Below, piece after piece: positions 22,101-31,584 of a DNA stretch of 49,695 bases. The stretch lies in the NCBI GenBank assembly GCA_000388065.2, contig KB932203.1; one strand, written 5' to 3'. Both the position numbers and the translations under genes were made by a program. This stretch comes from Fonticula alba ATCC 38817. Its lineage: Eukaryota > Protista > Nucleariida. Below the pieces are notes generated by a model, which saw nothing but the letters and a program-made list of their open reading frames with translations, did no database searches and was not told the origin of the DNA. Position 1 is the stretch's first letter; every line of letters begins with the position of its first letter.

Positions 22101-22923
22101 CTCGGCCGCGGCGGACCCCATGGGCTTGCAACTGCCGGGGCTGAGCCCGGGGCTGCTGCCACCGCCCCCGCCGCCGCCCCTGCCCCCGGCGCACTATTTC
22201 TCGCCATCCTCCCGGACCCCGGCCGCGCCGGGCCTGCTGAAGCCCGGGAGCAAGTCCATGTCCGATGCGGCCCGCGAGGCGGACGCCAACGAAATGGAAA
22301 CCCGCCGGGTGCTGGCGTGCGAGGCGCAGGAACTGGCCGAGAATGCTCGCGAGCGCTCGCGCAAGTGGCTCATCTCGCTGATCGATGTGCGTCTGCGTCT
22401 GCGCCTGCCGAGCGAGGCGCGCAGGGGAGGGGGGGTCTCGCCTCTTGGATATTTTCCTTTTCTCCAGTTTCTCTCTCTCTCTCTCTCTCGCTCTCCCTCT
22501 TTCTCCCCCTGCCCGCCCCTCCTGTGCTCCCCTTGGCGGCGCCTCTGACCACACATGCATCGCGCCTGCCTCGGCCAGGCCATCACCCGGCATCTGGAGG
22601 TGTCGGCTCGATCGGTGCGGCAGTTTGAATTTGCGGTCATGTGCGCGCTGGACTTCAATGTCCAAGTGCCGCCGATGCTGTCGGTGCCGCACTTCCGGCG
22701 CATCCTCACCGAGCACGGCAGCTCCTTCGAGCCGGCGGATGACGATGACAGTGCCGGTGGCCGGGCCTCGCGCATGCGCATGCGCCGTCGCGGCACCGGC
22801 CGCTCGCCCAAGGGGCATCGGGCGGCCAAGCAGGACTACGAGAACCCCGGCGTGGCCGGCGCCCAGGCCTACCTGGGTGCCAAGATGTTCGACGTGTTCG
22901 AGCGCGAAAGAGCCGCCCAGTGA
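19166..22923 (+). CDS. CABLES1: CABLES-family (Cdk5/Abl substrate) cyclin-fold protein, 889 aa, 8 exons
   Basis: Exons 19166-20237, 20393-20529, 20730-20803, 20954-21125, 21241-21384, 21510-21575, 21727-22386, 22579-22923 (2670 nt). The C-terminal region follows the CABLES pattern: YTPLTLDNPQL, VKSVDLVNELNEQF, IACAFVYLEKLILK, VNKDTIRLVAGVCLLLAAKI, RQFEFAVMCALDFNVQVP..PHFRRIL. The symbol denotes family homology; CABLES1 and CABLES2 cannot be distinguished here. Confidence 0.87.
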
Positions 22924-24440
22924 ATGGGGCGTGTGCGCGTGCCACTTGCCAACCTCGGCCCCGGGGCGTGGAAATAACAACCACCCAACCACCCACACGC
23001 CTGGTGCATTTCTCCCGCCGCGCGCTACCACACATGCTCTGAGGGGCCCCCCTGCGGCGAGTCCACAAGCTGGCAGCAGACTCTTTTCTTGGGGGGCGGG
23101 GGTATGAGGGAGAGAGAGGGGGAGAGAAAGAGGCAGAGGGAAGACATCTGAGCGGCGACACGAGGGGGGAGGCGTGTTTGATGAGGACCCCTCTCTGCTC
23201 GCGGGAGAAAAAAAACCGCATGGCCTCTGCACGCAACGCTCCGTCATGCACACACCCCCCCCCTCTCCCCCTCCCCCCCCCTCTCCGCCTCCCCTCCTGC
23301 GTAGGAGAGCCAAGTGCCAGCGTGCCGGGCGACAAGGTCCCGCGCGAGGCGCTCCAGGCACAACAGACACAGATCCCCTGCCCCGCGCTCAGGCACAACT
23401 TGCATCCACGATGCCAAACGATCTCGCCCGGCGCGGCGGTCGCCTCGCGCGGCCCTCCCTTTCCGACGATGACGATGCGTTCGGCTGTGCCAATGCACGC
23501 CGCCTGGTGCCAACGGGCGGCGGGCCGTGTCGCGCGATCGTCCGGCGTCCGGGCCCGGCTCGCGCCCTGCGCCCTCGCACGCGCGCCGAGGCCGGCGGTG
23601 GGGGAAAAAAGGGGAAAGAGAAGGAGACACTCCCCCCTCCCCCCCCCCCCCCCCCCCCCCATCATAGAGGCTCTCCCTCTTGCCGGCGGCGGACGCGCGC
23701 GTACGTACGTCTGTGTGTGTGTGCGTGCGCACGCAGGAACACACACGCGCAGGACCGCACACGGACACAGCACACGGCGGGGAAAGCTCAAAAGAAAGGG
23801 GGCGCGATGATGCGCGCGCGTGCGCGGTGCGATTCGATTATTGAAAGAAAAGAGGAAGGAATGTTGTCCAGTTAAAATATGGCTATGACATTGGGAATTC
23901 ATAGCCACTCAGATACTGGACTCTCTCTAGAGCCCGAGCGAAAGGACTAGGGTTTGGACCACAGACCCAGATCCCATTAGCGGGCGCAGTTGGGATAGAA
24001 TAAGGCGTACTTAATCTATATATGATTTGAAAAACTTCCGTACCAAAAGATTCATCCCATCCGGCCACCGCGCCCGGCCTACTTGAAGCACATCCCGAAT
24101 CCGGCCGCGCCCATTTCAAAGTGGCCCCCTCAGAAATGCGTGACCTCCGGCCGGGCCCGCCTGCCACACGCCCCCCCAGCGCCCGTGGCAAAGTGGCATG
24201 AACGCGCGCACCCAGCGGGTGGCCCGGGAATTGTGTTCCGGAGTCACGCCACCCTCCCCCGGCCCCCGGTGACCTCCCAAGAATGGTCCCCCAATGATGA
24301 TCGCTTTGCATATTAGTCGGCGCGCCTGTGGATGCCTCCGGCAAACAAGTGGGGAAAATCGCTGCCAGGCATTGAATTTTTGACCCGCCCGGCGCCTGAG
24401 AACGCGCGCGCGCCGCCAGGCTGCAGGGGGGGGGGGGGGG

Positions 24441-25174
24441 NNNNNNNNNNNNNNNNNNNNNNNNNNNNNNNNNNNNNNNNNNNNNNNNNNNNNNNNNNNN
24501 NNNNNNNNNNNNNNNNNNNNNNNNNNNNNNNNNNNNNNNNNNNNNNNNNNNNNNNNNNNNNNNNNNNNNNNNNNNNNNNNNNNNNNNNNNNNNNNNNNNN
24601 NNNNNNNNNNNNNNNNNNNNNNNNNNNNNNNNNNNNNNNNNNNNNNNNNNNNNNNNNNNNNNNNNNNNNNNNNNNNNNNNNNNNNNNNNNNNNNNNNNNN
24701 NNNNNNNNNNNNNNNNNNNNNNNNNNNNNNNNNNNNNNNNNNNNNNNNNNNNNNNNNNNNNNNNNNNNNNNNNNNNNNNNNNNNNNNNNNNNNNNNNNNN
24801 NNNNNNNNNNNNNNNNNNNNNNNNNNNNNNNNNNNNNNNNNNNNNNNNNNNNNNNNNNNNNNNNNNNNNNNNNNNNNNNNNNNNNNNNNNNNNNNNNNNN
24901 NNNNNNNNNNNNNNNNNNNNNNNNNNNNNNNNNNNNNNNNNNNNNNNNNNNNNNNNNNNNNNNNNNNNNNNNNNNNNNNNNNNNNNNNNNNNNNNNNNNN
25001 NNNNNNNNNNNNNNNNNNNNNNNNNNNNNNNNNNNNNNNNNNNNNNNNNNNNNNNNNNNNNNNNNNNNNNNNNNNNNNNNNNNNNNNNNNNNNNNNNNNN
25101 NNNNNNNNNNNNNNNNNNNNNNNNNNNNNNNNNNNNNNNNNNNNNNNNNNNNNNNNNNNNNNNNNNNNNNNNNN
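24441..25174. other. Assembly gap (N run)
   Basis: N run following a poly-G tract. Confidence 0.99.
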
Positions 25175-26176
25175 CCGATCAAGGCCCCCGCGCAGCCGGA
25201 ACAGCCAGCACCCGGGCAGAGGAAGGCAAGAGCCGGAGGGGCGACGCACCCCCCCCCTCCTGGCCACTGGCGCTCGGGCGCCGTGCAGCCGCCGAGCCAC
25301 TAGCGCCATCCAATGCAAGGCAATGCCTTCGGGCCCGGGTGCGCGCGGCCGCGCATGTGGCCGGATAGCCGCCGGCCTCGACCGCCGGCAGGGGCGGGAC
25401 CTAGTCCGGAAAAAGGGTACGAAGACCGGGGGAAGGAAAGCCCGAGGCCGGTTGCTTGGACAGGGGGCCAACCCGCGGGGGGCAGGGAGATGGGGGGCGG
25501 GCGGGCGGGCGGGCGGGCGGGCGGGCGGCAGCAGAGAGGATGCCCCCTCACAGGCAAGAATGATGACCGTTGCTCACGATAAGCCCAGCCCCAACAGGCC
25601 CGGCCTGTGTCTTTGTCGCGCGAAGGCGTGCCCGCTGGCCGGGATTCCGTACCCTTTCAGCAATCAGACGCCAGCACCAACACGGCCGTCCTAGCTGACT
25701 TGGACCGGGCCTCTGTGTCGCTTTGATATATTGGCCACACTAAATTAGGTGCATTATCCTCGCGGTCGGCCCGTCGGCCTGGATGACCCCGGGTCAAGCG
25801 TTCCCCCGCCCCCCCCCCCCCCCCCGCCCCGTCCCGTCCCGCATGCCTGGACAGATCGTCGTGCTCTGCCCCCCTCCCCGGAGTGGGGGGGTGCGGGGGG
25901 GCGAAGCCCGGGGCTGCCGCGTCTGCCCGCACCGCACGCTCCCGCCGCCCTCTTCCCCGAACCCGGCCACAGAGGGCGACCGGGCCTGCTGCACGCCCAC
26001 TCGCCGGGGGACCAGGCCTGCCACTCCCCCCCCCCCCTCCCGGCTTCCCGGCTTCCCGGCTGGACGGCAGATGTCATTGGAGTTTCCCACCCCTCGCCCC
26101 TGGGGGGAATACACGAAACCGGCGACCAACAGCTGGCTGGGGCCGGGGAGCAGCAATGCCCCAGGGGTGGTGCCCC

Positions 26177-26740
26177 NNNNNNNNNNNNNNNNNNNNNNNN
26201 NNNNNNNNNNNNNNNNNNNNNNNNNNNNNNNNNNNNNNNNNNNNNNNNNNNNNNNNNNNNNNNNNNNNNNNNNNNNNNNNNNNNNNNNNNNNNNNNNNNN
26301 NNNNNNNNNNNNNNNNNNNNNNNNNNNNNNNNNNNNNNNNNNNNNNNNNNNNNNNNNNNNNNNNNNNNNNNNNNNNNNNNNNNNNNNNNNNNNNNNNNNN
26401 NNNNNNNNNNNNNNNNNNNNNNNNNNNNNNNNNNNNNNNNNNNNNNNNNNNNNNNNNNNNNNNNNNNNNNNNNNNNNNNNNNNNNNNNNNNNNNNNNNNN
26501 NNNNNNNNNNNNNNNNNNNNNNNNNNNNNNNNNNNNNNNNNNNNNNNNNNNNNNNNNNNNNNNNNNNNNNNNNNNNNNNNNNNNNNNNNNNNNNNNNNNN
26601 NNNNNNNNNNNNNNNNNNNNNNNNNNNNNNNNNNNNNNNNNNNNNNNNNNNNNNNNNNNNNNNNNNNNNNNNNNNNNNNNNNNNNNNNNNNNNNNNNNNN
26701 NNNNNNNNNNNNNNNNNNNNNNNNNNNNNNNNNNNNNNNN
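26177..26740. other. Assembly gap, probably hiding the first vinculin exon(s)
   Basis: N run ending 12 bp before the first visible vinculin exon. The family N-terminus (about 60-70 aa) is not found in the flanking sequence. Confidence 0.95.
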
Positions 26741-26752
26741 CCCGCCGCTCAG

Positions 26753-29700
26753 GATGAGGAGCTCCGCAAGTCCATGCCCCCGGCCATTGCCTTCGTCGAC
26801 GCCGCCTGCGCCAAGCTCGTGTCTTCGGCTGCCGGCCTCAACGACAACCCGGACAACTCGGCCCTCCGCCAGGAGATGGTCGAGGCCACCAAGTGTGCGC
26901 TTGTCATGGGTCGCCCAGGCGATGACACCCTCCCCTGCTCGCCTCCTCCCCTCGCACGCTGGTCCTCATGCCTGACCTTCCCACCTACGCCCACCGATAG
27001 CCATCCTCACGGGCACCCGCAGCGTGCTCGAGGTGTACGACGACTCCGAGGTCCGCCACATTGTCCGGTCGTGCGACGGGGCCACCGAGTCCCTGAATGC
27101 CATCATCGCGGCCTCCGAGCCCCAGGACATCATCCGCCACCTGCAGCCCGCTTGCCAGCGCATCCTGGCCGTCTCGCAGCTGGCCGAGCGCCGGTGCGCC
27201 CCTCCCTCCTCTTTTCTGTTTGCGCCCCCCCCCCCCCCCGCGCCTCCCGCCTCCCGCCTCCCCAATGCGCACATGCGCACATGCGCTGACCATTGCCCCC
27301 CCCCCTCCCCTTCATGCACGCCACCATCGCCCGTGCAGTGTCGCCGAGATCGTCGACCCCTGGCTCAAGGAGGACCTCGCCACCTCGAAGGCCCTGGTCA
27401 GCAATGTGTCCACCCGCTTGGTGGCCGTGCTCAAGGTGTGTGCTCCCCGCTTTCCATTCCTGCCTGCTCCGCCGCGCCTCGTCTGTCCTCGTTAGTATGG
27501 TGTTGTGGGCGCGCCTCCCCCCTTCCCCCCCCCCCCTCGCCCCCCTCCATCATCCCCGCTATCCTGCCATTGACCCTGTCCCTTTGTCATCCGCCGCAGA
27601 TGGCCGCTCTCAACCCGACCGACCCGTCGGCCAAGGAGTCCAAGGACTCCACCCTGCAGCGTCTGGTCCACGGCGTTGAGGAGATCCGCCGCATTGTCCA
27701 GATCGAGCCTGTGCGCCGCGCATGCATACACACTCGCACACACATGTGTACACATTGCGCTCGCTCCACTGTGTCCCCGCCCGGTGCATACCTAACACCA
27801 CGTCCCCCCCCCCCCCCCCCCGCGCGCACGCGCTCCAGCCCCCTCACAACGAGGACCTCCTCCTGGGCGACCACTCGCGCCACCGCGGCAACTTCGTCGA
27901 GAAGCTCGTCGACCTCAACCGCGCCACCCTCAACGGCAGCAAGGTGCATCCCCCTTCCTTCAGGCTTATGCGCCGGCCTCCTCCCTTTCGCTTCGCGCCT
28001 GCGACTGCCGCCACTCCCCTCTCGCTCCCATCCTGACTCTATGCATGTACACACACACGCACACACGCACACACACGCACACACACGCACACACACACAC
28101 ACACAGAGCGACATCCAGACCGCCCACACCGCCCTCAACGAGGCCTGCGAGCCGATTCTCGCGGCGGCGGCCGCCTCCCTGGCCCGCCCGGCGGTCGATG
28201 CCGACGCCCAGCATCGCCACACCATGGTGAACAAGTCGCAGGAGGACTTCCTGGCGGCCAAGCAGCGCCTCGACCTGGCGGTCAACCAGGCGGCCCAGTT
28301 CGCCGGGGACGACTCGCTGGAGGCGGTGGCCGCCCGGACCGAGGTCCTGGAGGCTTCGCGTTCCATCGACGCGGCGTACCTTTCCCTGGCCACCAATGTG
28401 GCCGGTGCCGATCTGGATGAGGCCCTGCGCCTGGTGGAGTCGCTGATCACCGCCGACCCGGCCTCCGGCACGGAGACCCTGCTCAACAAGCTGGGCAACG
28501 CCGCGCGCGCCGGCAACAAGGAGGACGTGGAGAAGTACCTGGCCAAGGTGCAGGAGGATCTGGCCGTGCTGGAGGCGGCGGCCGAGGCGGCTGCCGCCGC
28601 CGCGCCGGACGCCGAGCGCGCGCGCGCCATTCGCCAGGCCGCCGCCGAGCTGACCCAGGCCTACCCGGAGCTGGCGGCCGCCGCTCGCGCCCTGGCCGCC
28701 AACCCTGGCAATGCCCTGGCCGCCGAGTACTTCCAGCAGGTGTCCGGGTCGTGGGACAACTCGGCCCGTCGTCTGCGGGATGCCATGCTGGATGCCAGCA
28801 GCCCGGAGGCCATGGTGGCCTTCCACCGGGCCATGGCTGCCTCGCACCTGGATGACTTCCGCGAGGCCTGCCGCACGCAGGATCCCGGCCGTCTGATGGC
28901 GGCCTCGGTGGCCATCAGCGCCCGTGTGCAGGATGCCCTGACCGTGGCCAAGGCCGAGATGGAGCACTCCACCGATCCGGAGTATCGCCAGCGCCTGCAG
29001 GTGTGCATCGATGACACCATTGCCTCGCTGGCCGGTCTGCAGGAGGCCGCCAAGGGGGCCTTCCTGGCTCCGAACGACCCGGCCGCCATGGCCAAGCTCG
29101 ACGCGGCGGTGGCTCGCATTGATGATACCCTGGGCGAGCTGCATGCCACCATCGCGCGTCAGCATGGCACCGGTGCGGAGGCCGGCGCCTTTGCCGGTGC
29201 CACCGACGTCGACCCCGAGGCCTGGAAGGGCATCGAGGACTCGCTGTCGACCATGGCCCGCCTGGCGGAGGAGGCCGCCGCCGAGGAGGCCGCCCGTCTG
29301 GAGGCCGAGGAGGCTCGCAAGGCGGAGGAGGCTCGCAAGGAGGCCGAGGCCCGTGCGGCCGCCGCCGCGGCCGCCGCCGAGGAGGAGGCCCGCAAGGAGG
29401 CCGAGCGCCTGCTGCGCGAGGCCGAGGAGCGTGCCAAGGCCGCCGAGGCCGCCCGTGCGGCCGCCGCCAAGGCCCGCGCCGAGAAGGAGGAGGCCGAGCG
29501 CGCGGCCGCCGCCGCCAAGGCCGAGGCCGAGGCCGCCGCTCTGGCCGCCCTGGCCGAGGCCGGCGAGGTGGTCATCGTCGATGCCCCGGCCCCGCAGCTC
29601 CTGAACGCCGCGGAGGCCGCCGCCAACCCGGTGCGCGCCAACGCCATGCGTCTCAAGGTCGAGGCCTCCAAGTGGGACTCCGCCGGCAACAACCTGGTTC

Positions 29701-29891
29701 AGCTGGCCGAGTCCCTCTCCGAGCAGATGGCCCAGCTGGAGAACCTGGCCCGCTCCGGCGCCCGGCGCGAGCTCATCGATCTGGCCAAGAAGATCGCCAA
29801 GGTGCGTCACGACGCCCCCCCCCCCCCTCCCCCCGCTTTCCCCCCTTCCTCTGGGACACGGGAGGGTGTCTTTTTGCCGTGCTCTTCCCTG

Positions 29892-29941
<50 letters not shown>

Positions 29942-30423
29942 CCTTGTTTAGGTCCCCCTTACTGACTCGTCCTCTCTCTATCTCTGTGTGTGTTTCTTCT
30001 TCATGCACACGTCCTCTCGTCTCCCCCCCCCCCTCTCCCCCCTCCCCCCAGGATGCCAACTCCTTCGAGGCCCTTGCCCGGCCGATCGCCAAGGACTGCA
30101 CGGACCGCCGGCTGTCGCGCGACCTCGACACTTCGGCCGACCGGATCCCCACCGTGTCGACGCAGCTGCGTGTGCTGGCCACCGTGCGTGCCGCCAACCC
30201 CGGCACCGCCGAGGGCGACGAGGACTACCAGATGCTGGTCCAGTGTGCCCTGAGCCTGATGGACGGCGTGCGGGCCACGCTCAATGGCGCCCAGTCGGCT
30301 TCCATCCGCTCGTCCAACCCGGCCACCGCCCTGCCCTGGCGCCGGCGTGTGTACCGCGGCGGCGACAACGACGACGGTGCTCTCCCGGTCATGGCCCTGG
30401 CCGCTGAGGTTGCCAAGATGTAA
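26753..30423 (+). CDS. VCL: Vinculin (vinculin/alpha-catenin family); 5' exon(s) missing, probably in gap 26177-26740
   Basis: Exons 26753-26892, 27023-27193, 27339-27435, 27600-27710, 27839-27943, 28107-29801, 30052-30423. Head motifs: DEELRKSMPPAI, YDDSEVRHIVRSC, LAANPGNALAAEYF, AKAEMEHSTDPEYR. Vinculin tail: EASKWDSAGNNLV, LIDLAKKIAK, IAKDCTDRRL..DRIPTVSTQLRVLATV, MLVQCALSLMDGVRATL, LPWRRR. Confidence 0.92.
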
Positions 30424-31584
30424 GTGCGCACGCCGTCGTTTGACGGTGTGTCACCCTCTGCCATTGCGCCCATTGCCACGCTGCGTGCTGGCTGCGGTGC
30501 CGCGCCACCTTCGCGTGGATGTGTGGGTGGATGTGTGTGTGCCACGACACATCCCGCAACGTGTTTCCTTGTGCCCGCCCCTCGTGCCTCTGGCCTAGCC
30601 TCTCCTCCCCCTCCATGCCGCTTGCCATTCGGGGGAGTTGTCTTTTGCTCTGTCCCCCCCTTTCCGCGCACGACGCGGGCGGGAAGGGCGTGCGGCATCT
30701 TCCCTCCCCTGCCGCCGACGCGCGCTGTTCTCTCCTCCCCCTTTCAAAAATACACACATCGAATGTCCCCGCGCATCGCGCTTTTCTCGCCTTTTCACAC
30801 GCCACATGGGGAGCGGAGGAGAGAGAGAGAGAAAGAGAGAGGGAGGGCAAAGGCGAGAGAACAGACAAGGGCATGTGCATGCCCCGGTGCGCGCCGTGCG
30901 GGGCAAACGGGCGCCTCCTCCCCCCCCCCCGGCCGACCGTCGTGAGAGAAGCCCTCGCGCAAGGGCTGGGGAGGAAAAGAAAGGCTGCCAGGGGCAGCTG
31001 GCTGGTGGGGAGCCAGGCGGGCGGGGAAAAGCACGCCACACCCATGGAAGGCCGGGCGCATGGCTGGAGACTAGCGCCGGCAGTAGACTTTGCCCTCGGC
31101 CACATGACCACTCATAGTCTCCTGACGACCATGCCTCACGGCGGTCGCCCAGCCGACGGGGTGAAACCGGCCGCCGGCGGATCGCCCTGCCTGACGGCCA
31201 GCGCTAAAGCGCCCTCCTTTGGCTCGGGGTGTTCGTGACCCGGGCTCGGAGGAGGGCCGCCGCCGGGGCCCCTCGCCGCTGTCGGTGCTGCCGCCGATGC
31301 CACCGTTCGTTCCTCGGCCACCGGGGGCGATCGCCCTAAGTGCATGCGGCCTCCCAGGCACCGGGGGCCGTTCGCCCCCCCCGGGATTACCCATTCCTCC
31401 TCGCCCCCCTCCCTCCTCACCCCCCTCCCTCCTCGCCGCCCTTGAGCACACGCACACGCACACGCATACGCCACCCAACCGCATCCGCACCTCCACCCAC
31501 CCATCCACGCGCCTGGCCCTCTCTGCCTGGCCGTCTGCCCATCTCTCCTGTCTACTCCCTCGCACTCTGGCCACGCAGCGAGCA

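Noticed and set aside
23946-23956. CTAGGGTTT as a telomerase-RNA template or telomeric seed
   Set aside because: A single short match. The C-rich template strand is opposite to the strand carrying the Sm-like site, so the layout does not fit a telomerase RNA.
27966-30206. Long antisense ORFs (746 aa opposite vinculin; likewise 6561-8075, 9503-10999, 13257-14432, 31071-32078)
   Set aside because: Shadow ORFs caused by high GC3 codon bias on the coding strand. The translations are G/R/L-rich with no domain signal.
30420-30425. GTAAGT overlapping the vinculin stop codon as a possible donor extending the CDS
   Set aside because: None of the 51 modelled donors has +4A, and I found no downstream exon continuing a vinculin-like sequence. 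TAA at 30421-30423 is kept as the stop.
31236-31238. In-frame TGA as selenocysteine or programmed readthrough
   Set aside because: The flanking peptide is low-complexity with no redox motif or known selenoprotein similarity, no SECIS is seen, and the frame cannot splice into the downstream CDS.
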